A stretch of DNA of 64,000 nucleotides from an uncultured Dyella sp. (GTDB lineage: Bacteria > Pseudomonadota > Gammaproteobacteria > Xanthomonadales > Rhodanobacteraceae): the NCBI GenBank assembly GCA_966430775.1, contig CBJMMB010000004.1, positions 3,370 to 67,369 of the forward strand, read 5' to 3'. The position numbers and the translations under genes are program-made. The first letter of the stretch is position 1. The number at the start of each line of letters is the position of its first letter. Below the pieces are notes generated by a model, which was not told where the DNA came from, searched no databases, and was given only the letters and a program-made list of their open reading frames with translations. This document shows positions 18,552 through 26,707 of this stretch, piece after piece.

Positions 18552-21500
18552 ATCTCACCCAGTTGAACAGCGGGCTGGATGGTCTGCGCGGCGAACTGGG
18601 CGGCAACCTCAAATACGTGAAGATCGATTCGACCGGCGCCGACGCCAATGCGGCCGCGCTCGATGCGATCGCGATCGGCTCGGCCGCGGTGGCATCGATC
18701 GAAGGTTCGCTTGCGGTCGGTGTCCGCGCGCGCGCGTCGGCGGCGCACGCGGTGGCGCTCGGCAGCGACAGCCTGGCCGATGAACTGCTGGCGGTATCGA
18801 TCGGCAACAAGCCGGCCGGGCTCGCGCGCCGATTGGTCAACCTGCAGGCCGGCACGCAAGCGGACAACGCAGTGAGCGTGAGCCAGCTGCAACCGGTGGT
18901 GGCGGCGCTGGGCGGCGGCGCGGCGATCGATCCGGCCACGGGCGCAGTGACCGGACCCACCTACGACCTGCAGAACGGCGGCACGCAGACCAGCCTGGAG
19001 GCGGCGCTGAGCGCGCTGGACCAGGCAGTGAGCGACAGCAGCGCCAACATGCCGTATCTGGCGGTCAACAGCACCGGCGCGGATGCCGCAGCCAGCGGCA
19101 CCGACGCGATCGGCCTGGGCAGCGGTGCGAGCGCCACGGGCAGGAACGCGGTGGCGATCGGCAAGGATGCGGTGGCCGATGCCGACGACACGGTGTCAGT
19201 CGGCTACGCGGGCGGCGAACGCAAGATCGTCCATGTCGCGGCGGGCGCGGTTTCCGCGGCCAGCACGGATGCGGTGACCGGTGAACAGCTTTACGCCACG
19301 AACCGGCAGATCGCCGCATTGAGCGACGCCCTCGACGGCAGTGGCCTGATCGATCCGGGCACCGGCGCTTCCCTGGCGGTGACCTACAGCAGCGCGTCGA
19401 AGAACACGGTGTTCCTCGGCAACCTCGGCACGCCGGTGGAGATCATGAACGTCGGCACCGGCCTGGTGGATACGGATGCGGTGAACCTGGCGCAGATGAA
19501 CGGCGCGGTGAACGGCCTGCGCGGTGAATTGAGCAACAACCTGGCCTACGTCAAGGTCAAGGCAACCGGGACCAATGCGCTTGCCAGCGGCAACAACTCG
19601 GTGGCGATCGGCTCGGCGGCCAGTTCAAGCGAAACCGGCTCGGTGGCGATCGGCACCGGTGCGCGTGCAAGCGGGCTCAATGCCGTGGCGCTTGGCGCCA
19701 ATTCTTCGGCCAGCGGGGCTCGCACGGTATCGGTAGGCAGTCCCGGCAACGAACGCAGGATCGTCAACGTAGCCGATGGCGATATCAGTTCCGGCAGCAC
19801 GGATGCGATTACCGGCGGGCAACTGTTCGATGCGCTCGGTGCCCTGGCCGCGTCGCGCGCGAGCATTCTGGACGTCGAAAACGCGATCTATGCGATCGAA
19901 GGGGTGGAGGGGAACAATGTCGCTTCGCTCAATGGCGGGGATTCCTCGTTGTACACCGCCTTGGCGTTCGGGGTGGCATCGAGCGCCTCCGGCACCGATA
20001 CGGTGTCGTTTGGCTTGAGCGCGATTGCCCTGTCCGACAACGCCGTGGCGCTGGGCAGCAACAGCACCACCGGCGCGGGCCTGCCTTACGCGGTGTCGGT
20101 AGGGTCCGATGCGCAGACCACCGGCGCGCAAGCCATCGCCCTGGGCGCCCACGTCCAGGCCAACGCCGACAATGCGGTGGCCGTCGGCAACAACAACACC
20201 TGGGCACTGGGGGTCAGTTCGATTGCGATCGGCGACAACGCCCAGGATCGTGGCGCCGGCAGCGTGGCGATCGGCAAGGGCGCCAGGGCCTTGAATGGCA
20301 CCGCCAATGTCGTCGTCATCGGTACGTCTGCGAGCATCGCGGCCAATCTGTCCAACGCCATTGCCTTGGGCGCCAATGCAAGCGTGGCGGCCGGCGCCGC
20401 CGGCGGCGTGGCGCTGGGGCAGGGTGCGGTGGCCAATCGCGGCAATGCGGTATCGCTGGGCGCCACCACCGGCAGCAGCCCCGTCGGTACGCGGCAGATC
20501 ATCAATCTCTCGCCCGGTACGCAAGCGACCGATGCGGTGAATGTGAGCCAGTTGCAAGGCGTGACCACGGCGCTGGGCGGTGGCGCAGGCGTCGGCGCGG
20601 ACGGCAGCATCCTGCCGCCTTCGTATACGGTCGGTACTACGTCGTACGCCAACGTCGGCGCCGCCATCAGCGCCGTGGCGAGCATGGCGGGCACCGATCC
20701 CAACGCGGTGGCATACGATGGCGCAACCAAGGACACGGTCACGCTTGGCGGCGCCAGCGGCACCTTGCTGACCAACCTGAGCGCAGGCAGCGTCGGCGCA
20801 ACCAGCACGGATGCCATCAACGGATCGCAATTGTTCGGCACGGCGCAAAGCCTCGCCACCAGCCTGGGCGGTGGGGCCGCGGTGAATCCGAACGGCACCG
20901 TCAGTGCGCCGCTGTATGTGATCGGCAACACGACAGCCAGCGACGTGGGCGCCGCGCTCAATAACCTGCGGACCGTCATCAATGGCCAATTGGCCGATTC
21001 CGGACTGGTGGATGCGGGCACCGGGCAGGCGATCGCGGCGGTCACCTACGACAGCGCTTCGCAGAGCCGCGTGACCTTGGGCGGCAGCAGTGCGATTTCG
21101 CCGGTGCTGGTGACGAATGTGGCCGAGGGCATGCTGTCGGAGACGAGCACGGATGCGGTAAGCGGCTCGCAATTGTTCGCCACCAATCTGACGGTGACCG
21201 AGCTGACGGATTCGCTGTCAAATGGCGGCGTCATCGATCCCTCCACCGGCCAATCGCTGGCGGTGACGTACACCAACAGCACCAAGCAAAACGTCATGCT
21301 GGGCACGGCGGGTACGCCGGTAACGATCTCGAACGTGGCGGCCGGCACGTTGTCGACCACCAGCATGGAAGCGGTGAACGGCGCGCAGCTCAATGCGACC
21401 AACCAGCAGATCGGTGACCTGGAAAATGCGCTGAGCAGTGGCGGCGTGCTCGATCCCTCTACCGGCGAATCGCTGGCGGTGACCTACACCAACAGCTCCA

Positions 21501-23434
21501 AACAAAATGTCTCGCTGGGCGCGGCGGGTACGCCGGTAACGATGTCGAACGTGGCGGCCGGCACCTTGTCGACCACCAGTACGGAAGCGGTAAACGGTGC
21601 GCAGCTGAACGCGACCAACCAGGCGCTCGCCGATGTGGCCGACGCGGTGGACAACCTCACCGGTAGCGGCCTGGTCGACCCGGCTACCGGCGAACTGCTG
21701 GCGCTCGTCTACGACGACACCGCCAAGGACAGCGTCACTTTGGGCGGCACGGGCGCGGCCAGCTCCATTCCGCTGCACAACCTGGCCGCAGGCACGGCGA
21801 TTGCGGATGCGGTGAACGTCAGCCAGTTGCGAGGCGTGACCGCTGCACTCGGCGGCGGTGCCGGCGTGGGTGCGGACGGCAGCATCGTGCCGCCTGCGTA
21901 TACCGTCGACGGTACGACGTACGCCGATGTGGCTGCCGCCATCGACGCGGTGGCGAGCATGGCCGGCACCGATCCCAACGCGGTGGCGTACGACGATGCG
22001 GCCAAGGATACGGTCACGCTCGATGGCGCCAACGGCACGCTGTTGACCAACCTGAGCGTAGGCAATGTCAGCGCCACCAGCACGGATGCCGTCAACGGCG
22101 CGCAATTGCATGCGACCAACCAGGCGATCACCGATGTGGCCGACGAGGTGGACAACCTCACCGGAAGTGGCCTGATAAACCCAGCTACCGGCGAACTGCT
22201 GGCGTTGATCTACGACGACAACGCGAAGGACAGCGTCACCTTGGGCGGTGCTGGTGCGAGCGCGGCGGTGCCGTTGCACAACCTGGCGACCGGCACGGCC
22301 GACACCGATGGCGTCAACGTCGCGCAATTGACCAATGGCCTTACCACCCTGAAAGACGAACTGACCAATGGCGCCATCGACCTGAAATACATCAAGGTCA
22401 ATTCCGCCGGCGCCCAGGCCCAGGCAAACGGCAGCAACTCGGTTTCCATCGGTTCCGGCTGTGCTTCCACCGGCAACGCTGCGGTGGCCATCGGCACCGG
22501 CGCGCGTGCGGTGAGCGCCAATTCGGTGGCGCTCGGCTACAACTCCGTGGCCAACGAAACCGATGAGGTGGTGTCGGTAGGCAACGTGGGCCGTGAACGC
22601 CGGATCATCAACGTCAACGATGGCAATATCAGTGCAGGGAGCACCGACGCCGTCAACGGCGGCCAGTTGTTTGCGGTGCGCAAGGCGGTGGACGCGCTCG
22701 CTGCGAAGGTGTCCGGATCGAACGGCGTGAACGACGCCAGCGATCCGATCGCGGCCGTGGATGGCCGCAGCGGCAACAACATCGCATCGTTGAATGGCGG
22801 CGATCCGCGCGAGGCGACGGCCGCCGCGCTGGGCACGTTCTCCATCGCCAGCGGCACCAATGCGCTCGCGGTGGGTCTGCACAACCTGGCCGGCTCCGAT
22901 TACTCGGTGGCGCTCGGGTATCTGGCGCAGACGGGCGCGGACCACGACTACTCCGTGGCGGTCGGCGCGGATGTCCAGACCAACGCCATGCGCGCGGTGG
23001 CCATCGGCACGGAGGCGCGCGCCAACGGCGATTATGCGCTGGCGGTCGGCAGCAATCGGACGTTCGCGATCGGCAACAGCTCGATCGCCATGGGCGATGG
23101 CGTAAAGGCGCATGGCAGGAACAGCATCGCCATCGGCCGCAGCGCCATCGTGGCGGCGAACACGCATGACGCGCTGGCGTTGGGCGCGGAGGCGAGTGTG
23201 GCAAGCGGGGCGATCGGCAGCGTGGCGCTGGGCCACGGGGCGGTGGCCGATCGCGGCAACGCGATTTCCATCGGCGGTGGCTCGGTCGGTTCGCGGCAGA
23301 TCATCCACGTTGCGGCCGGCACCGAAGACGACGATGCGGTGAACGTGAAGCAGTTGCGTGATGTGGTGGCGTCGTTGATGGCCGAGATCCAGTCGCTGCG
23401 CAGCCAGCTTGGTGCACGTCCGTCTGCGCAATGA
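18548..23434 (+). CDS. YadA/Hep-Hag head and stalk repeat protein, C-terminal part, no beta-barrel anchor
   Basis: Repeated DAVNGxQL necks and head repeats; ends in a short coiled coil (QLRDVVASLMAEIQSLRSQLGARPSAQ) with no YadA anchor or terminal aromatic residue. Confidence 0.8.
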   Translation: MNLTQLNSGLDGLRGELGGNLKYVKIDSTGADANAAALDAIAIGSAAVASIEGSLAVGVRARASAAHAVALGSDSLADELLAVSIGNKPAGLARRLVNLQAGTQADNAVSVSQLQPVVAALGGGAAIDPATGAVTGPTYDLQNGGTQTSLEAALSALDQAVSDSSANMPYLAVNSTGADAAASGTDAIGLGSGASATGRNAVAIGKDAVADADDTVSVGYAGGERKIVHVAAGAVSAASTDAVTGEQLYATNRQIAALSDALDGSGLIDPGTGASLAVTYSSASKNTVFLGNLGTPVEIMNVGTGLVDTDAVNLAQMNGAVNGLRGELSNNLAYVKVKATGTNALASGNNSVAIGSAASSSETGSVAIGTGARASGLNAVALGANSSASGARTVSVGSPGNERRIVNVADGDISSGSTDAITGGQLFDALGALAASRASILDVENAIYAIEGVEGNNVASLNGGDSSLYTALAFGVASSASGTDTVSFGLSAIALSDNAVALGSNSTTGAGLPYAVSVGSDAQTTGAQAIALGAHVQANADNAVAVGNNNTWALGVSSIAIGDNAQDRGAGSVAIGKGARALNGTANVVVIGTSASIAANLSNAIALGANASVAAGAAGGVALGQGAVANRGNAVSLGATTGSSPVGTRQIINLSPGTQATDAVNVSQLQGVTTALGGGAGVGADGSILPPSYTVGTTSYANVGAAISAVASMAGTDPNAVAYDGATKDTVTLGGASGTLLTNLSAGSVGATSTDAINGSQLFGTAQSLATSLGGGAAVNPNGTVSAPLYVIGNTTASDVGAALNNLRTVINGQLADSGLVDAGTGQAIAAVTYDSASQSRVTLGGSSAISPVLVTNVAEGMLSETSTDAVSGSQLFATNLTVTELTDSLSNGGVIDPSTGQSLAVTYTNSTKQNVMLGTAGTPVTISNVAAGTLSTTSMEAVNGAQLNATNQQIGDLENALSSGGVLDPSTGESLAVTYTNSSKQNVSLGAAGTPVTMSNVAAGTLSTTSTEAVNGAQLNATNQALADVADAVDNLTGSGLVDPATGELLALVYDDTAKDSVTLGGTGAASSIPLHNLAAGTAIADAVNVSQLRGVTAALGGGAGVGADGSIVPPAYTVDGTTYADVAAAIDAVASMAGTDPNAVAYDDAAKDTVTLDGANGTLLTNLSVGNVSATSTDAVNGAQLHATNQAITDVADEVDNLTGSGLINPATGELLALIYDDNAKDSVTLGGAGASAAVPLHNLATGTADTDGVNVAQLTNGLTTLKDELTNGAIDLKYIKVNSAGAQAQANGSNSVSIGSGCASTGNAAVAIGTGARAVSANSVALGYNSVANETDEVVSVGNVGRERRIINVNDGNISAGSTDAVNGGQLFAVRKAVDALAAKVSGSNGVNDASDPIAAVDGRSGNNIASLNGGDPREATAAALGTFSIASGTNALAVGLHNLAGSDYSVALGYLAQTGADHDYSVAVGADVQTNAMRAVAIGTEARANGDYALAVGSNRTFAIGNSSIAMGDGVKAHGRNSIAIGRSAIVAANTHDALALGAEASVASGAIGSVALGHGAVADRGNAISIGGGSVGSRQIIHVAAGTEDDDAVNVKQLRDVVASLMAEIQSLRSQLGARPSAQ
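21224..21620 (+). repeat. intragenic tandem repeat, 216-bp (72-aa) unit
   Basis: GGVIDPSTGQSLAVTYTNS... at 21224 and GGVLDPSTGESLAVTYTNS... at 21440. Confidence 0.85.
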
Positions 23435-23437
23435 CCA

Positions 23438-23492
23438 AAAAAGAAGCCTGGCGAAAGCCAGGCTTTGAAGGAGTAACGCGTCAAGGACGACA
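23438..23492 (-). ncRNA. candidate small RNA / terminator unit, copy 1
   Basis: Minus strand reads UGUCGUCCUUGACGCGUUACUCCUUCAAAGCCUGGCUUUCGCCAGGCUUCUUUUU; 52/55 identical to 23549-23603. Confidence 0.4.
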
Positions 23493-23548
23493 TCCCTTTC
23501 GCCGAAACGGCTCCCTTCCCAGCATGCAGTGAAGGGAGCAGCGGGCCG

Positions 23549-23603
23549 AAAAAGAAGCCTGGCGAAAGCCAGGCTTTGAAGGAGTGACATGTCAAGGACG
23601 ACA
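23549..23603 (-). ncRNA. candidate small RNA / terminator unit, copy 2
   Basis: Minus strand reads UGUCGUCCUUGACAUGUCACUCCUUCAAAGCCUGGCUUUCGCCAGGCUUCUUUUU; the hairpin plus U-tract is a clear intrinsic terminator. Confidence 0.4.
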
Positions 23604-23622
23604 CTCATATTTGCGTGAACTT

Positions 23623-23769
23623 CTCCCTTCCCTACATGCAGTAGGGGAGGGTTGGGGTGGGGTGAAGCCATCTCGCGATGCACTTCAACTGTGCGACAAG
23701 CTCGTGCAACCCCACCCCGGCCCTCCCCCGGATCAAGTCCGGGGCAGGCTCTGCATGCAGGGGAGGGAG
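23623..23769. repeat. REPIN/MITE-like element homologous to 8578-8699, with an extra insert
   Basis: Same arms and related spacer; extra CCGGATCAAGTCCGGGGCAGGCT in the right arm. Confidence 0.8.
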
Positions 23770-23775
23770 AAGTGC

Positions 23776-25587
23776 TCACCACTGGAACGAAGCACCCACA
23801 CCCACCGTGTTGCCGCTGGCGGACAGGCCCACGCCCGCGCGCACCTTCCAGTTGTCGCTGACGCGCGCTTCGCCACCCAGGGCCGCGGCGGTGTAGCCCT
23901 TGTAGTTGGCGACACCCGCGCCGACCGACAACGTCTTGCCCACATCGACGCCGGGAATCATGGTCAGCGCGGTTGCGGCAGCGATGCCGGAATACGCGCC
24001 GCGCGTCGTGTTGTCGAGCTGGCCGCGCAGGCCATCTACCTGGCCTTGCAAGCCGTCGATGCGACGGTCGAGCTGGTTCACCGCGCCTTCCACGCCGCGC
24101 ACCTGCTGGCCGCCGATGGTGTAGGTCGGCGTGCTGATGGTGCCGTCCGCGTTGAGCGTGGCGCCGCCACCCAGGGCATCGGCCGTGCTCTGCGCGGTGG
24201 CAGCCAGCTGCGAGCCGTTGACCGCGTCCTTGCTGCCGGCGTTCACCGCGCCGTCGCCGACGTTGGTGATCTTGTTGCCCTGCGCGTCGTAGTTCCACTG
24301 GCCATCACCGCCGCCACCGCTGCCGCCGCCGTTCTCGATGTTGGTGACGCGGTCGCCGATGTTGGTGACGGTCTGGTTCAAATTGTCGACCTGGCCTTGC
24401 AGCGCATTGAGCTGGCCGAAGTTGACGGCGTCGTACTGGTTCTTGCCGTCGGCCACGTTGGTGAGGATTACCGGCGCTGCCGCCGGACCGCCCAGCGTGA
24501 CCGAGCCGTAGTTCACCGAACCATCGGGGTTGAGGTCGTAGCGCACTGCATTGGGGTCGGTGGTGCCGCCCGCGGCGGCCGCCTGCAGGGCCTGCTCGAC
24601 CGTGGAGTACTGATAGCCGTTCACCACGAAGGTTGGCTGCGTGATGCTGCCATCCGGCGCCACGCCGGCGCCGCCGCCGAACGCATCCGTCACGCCCTTG
24701 AGCTGGCTGACGTTCACGGCATCGGTGAGCTGCGTGCCGGCCGCCACGTTGGCGATCTGGCGTTCCGCGCCGATCGAACCGATGGATAGCACGTTGGCAC
24801 GATCGGCGATGGACTTGTCACCCAAGGCAATACTGCCGTACGCGTTCGCGGCGACGTTGGCATTCGCACCCAAGGCCATCGCGTTCTGAGTGTTTCTGGC
24901 AATGGTTGCGCCGGTGCCGATGGCGATCGAGTTGGTGGCGCCGCCGAACACTTTTGCGCTGTCGCCCAGGGCGATCGAACTCTGGCCCAGCGCCCAGGTG
25001 TTGTTGCTGCCGACGGCCAGTGCGTGATCGGCGTTCGCCTGCACATGCGCACCCAGCGCGACGGCTTGCGTGCCGGTGGTATTGGCATCGGAGCCCACGG
25101 CCACCGAATAAGGCATGTCGGCACCGGTCGTGACATTGCTGCCGAGCGCAACGGAGTTGTCGGAGTTCGCGATGGCGCTAAGGCCGAGCGCGACCGTGTT
25201 GCCGCCGTTGGCGTTCGAGCTTACGCCCATGGCCAGCGCAGTCATCGTGCTGGGATCGGCGCCGTTCAACGACGCGTTGTTGTTGCCGCGCGTGCCTTCC
25301 GCGGCGAACTGCGGATCGGTGACGTCCATGACGCCGACGCTGCGCGGCGTCGCGCCCATAGCGAACAGCTGCGTGTTGGTGGACGAGCTGCCTTCGCTGC
25401 TCTCGGTGTTGCTGGTTTCTTCCGACGTCGCCACGTCGTATTGCTCGGCGACCAGCGTGTTCTTCGCGTCGGTGCCGACGGCCAGCGCCGAGCCGATCAT
25501 CAAGGCCTGCGACAGGGCGACCGCAAGCACGCTGCGGACGAAAAGGGTTTTGTTGGAACGTTGCGCATTGCGATTTGCCGTAGTCAT
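23776..25587 (-). CDS. trimeric autotransporter adhesin (signal peptide, head, stalk, YadA anchor)
   Basis: Sec signal (..SVLAVALSQALMIGSALA); head repeats; anchor AYSGIAAATAL..VGAGVANYKGYTAAALG..VGVGASFQW. Confidence 0.92.
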   Translation of the reverse strand: MTTANRNAQRSNKTLFVRSVLAVALSQALMIGSALAVGTDAKNTLVAEQYDVATSEETSNTESSEGSSSTNTQLFAMGATPRSVGVMDVTDPQFAAEGTRGNNNASLNGADPSTMTALAMGVSSNANGGNTVALGLSAIANSDNSVALGSNVTTGADMPYSVAVGSDANTTGTQAVALGAHVQANADHALAVGSNNTWALGQSSIALGDSAKVFGGATNSIAIGTGATIARNTQNAMALGANANVAANAYGSIALGDKSIADRANVLSIGSIGAERQIANVAAGTQLTDAVNVSQLKGVTDAFGGGAGVAPDGSITQPTFVVNGYQYSTVEQALQAAAAGGTTDPNAVRYDLNPDGSVNYGSVTLGGPAAAPVILTNVADGKNQYDAVNFGQLNALQGQVDNLNQTVTNIGDRVTNIENGGGSGGGGDGQWNYDAQGNKITNVGDGAVNAGSKDAVNGSQLAATAQSTADALGGGATLNADGTISTPTYTIGGQQVRGVEGAVNQLDRRIDGLQGQVDGLRGQLDNTTRGAYSGIAAATALTMIPGVDVGKTLSVGAGVANYKGYTAAALGGEARVSDNWKVRAGVGLSASGNTVGVGASFQW

Positions 25588-25677
25588 GGCGGCTTCCTCA
25601 TCAGAGTGTTGGTGATGAGGAAATGCTAGAAATCGCGGCTAATTGGATCAGTCGGCCTGGGCTGAATCCGATGGGGC

Positions 25678-25691
25678 TAGGAGTAGTCCTA
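25678..25691. promoter_or_regulatory. RcsAB-box-like palindrome upstream of the autotransporter
   Basis: TAGGAGTAGTCCTA matches the RcsAB consensus TAAGAATATTCCTA at 11 of 14 positions; about 90 bp upstream of the start codon. Confidence 0.5.
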
Positions 25692-25758
25692 GTCCTAATT
25701 CGTTCGATTACGAATCGTGTGATGAATCTTGCTGAACAACTTGGCGTGGTTTGTTCAG

Positions 25759-25789
25759 CATGCTTCCCGGCATTGCGCCGGGAAGCATG
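25759..25789 (-). terminator. 13-bp-stem hairpin after the VOC gene (no U-tract)
   Basis: CATGCTTCCCGGC-ATTGC-GCCGGGAAGCATG. Confidence 0.5.
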
Positions 25790-25801
25790 TCGGAGCGGAG
25801 A

Positions 25802-26230
25802 TCAGTGCTGCTCGCCTTCGTGCTGCACGTTGACCATCCACGGCACGCCGAACTTGTCCACCAGCATGCCGAAGCCGTCGGTCCAGAAGGTTTTCTGGAA
25901 CGGCATGGTGACCTGGCCGTCTTTGGAAAGCGCGTTGAAATATTTTTCGCCTGAGGCGACGTCGTTGGCGGTGACCGAGAGGCTGAAGCCGGAGTGCGCA
26001 ACCTTCTCGTGACCGGCCTGGCCGTCGGACATCAGCAGATGCGTGCGGCCGACGACTAGCGTGGCATGCATGATCTTGTCGGCAGATCCGGGGTCGATCT
26101 GATAGTCCTGGCTGGCGGGTGCGTCCTTGAAACGCAGCTTCATCACTTCCTGCGCGCCGAGCGCATCGCGGTAGAAGGCGATGGCTTCTTCACAGCGTCC
26201 GTCAAAGAACAGGTAGGGCTGGATTTCCAT
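25802..26230 (-). CDS. VOC/glyoxalase family protein, PhnB-like
   Basis: PYLFFDGRCEEAIAFY, IMHATL, MPFQKTFW..FGMLVDKFGVPWMV. Confidence 0.9.
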   Translation of the reverse strand: MEIQPYLFFDGRCEEAIAFYRDALGAQEVMKLRFKDAPASQDYQIDPGSADKIMHATLVVGRTHLLMSDGQAGHEKVAHSGFSLSVTANDVASGEKYFNALSKDGQVTMPFQKTFWTDGFGMLVDKFGVPWMVNVQHEGEQH

Positions 26231-26281
26231 GTGCGTGACTCCTTGGGTTGGGGAAACTCTCGTTGGGGTTTGTACCCCAAC

Positions 26282-26707
26282 CTACGATGCGGCATCCCGC
26301 AGCGCCTGCGGCAACGGCACGGATTTACCGCTCGCCGGATCCATCCACACCATCACCACGTGACCGTCGCAATACAGCTTGCTGCGGTCGGCGGCATCGA
26401 CGATGCGATGCGCCACCGTCATGGAACTGTTGCCCAGCCGCGCGCAATACAACTCGATGTGCACTTGGCCCGGCCATTCGATCGGCAGGCGATAGTTGAG
26501 CGTGCTGGCCGCCATCACCGGCATGGCGTGTTCGTCCGACCATGAACCCGGCAAGCGCTGCAGCCATTGCACGCGCGCTTCTTCCAGGTAGGTGAGGTAG
26601 GTCGAATTGTTGACGTGATTGAACGCATCCAGGTCGCGCCAGCGCACGCTGATCGCCGCGGTGTACAACGGTGTGGGGGCAGGGGAGAAATCAGGTGCCG
26701 TTGTCAT
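26282..26707 (-). CDS. acyl-CoA thioesterase (4HBT/YbgC hotdog family)
   Basis: [25 protein letters not shown]. Confidence 0.9.
   Translation of the reverse strand: MTTAPDFSPAPTPLYTAAISVRWRDLDAFNHVNNSTYLTYLEEARVQWLQRLPGSWSDEHAMPVMAASTLNYRLPIEWPGQVHIELYCARLGNSSMTVAHRIVDAADRSKLYCDGHVVMVWMDPASGKSVPLPQALRDAAS

Noticed and set aside
23578-23618. Plus-strand mini-ORF MSRTTLIFA after a strong AAGGAG in repeat copy 2
   Set aside because: Copy 1 lacks the ATG (ACGCG instead of ACATG), so the conserved feature is not the peptide.
23438-23769. Possible CRISPR array from the duplicated hairpin units
   Set aside because: Only two 55-bp units, the spacer is REP-derived, and there are no cas genes.
16728-24298. 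Long antisense ORFs (16728-17894, 19625-21172, 21218-24298)
   Set aside because: Shadow frames of GC-rich repetitive adhesin genes; one runs through terminators and REP elements.
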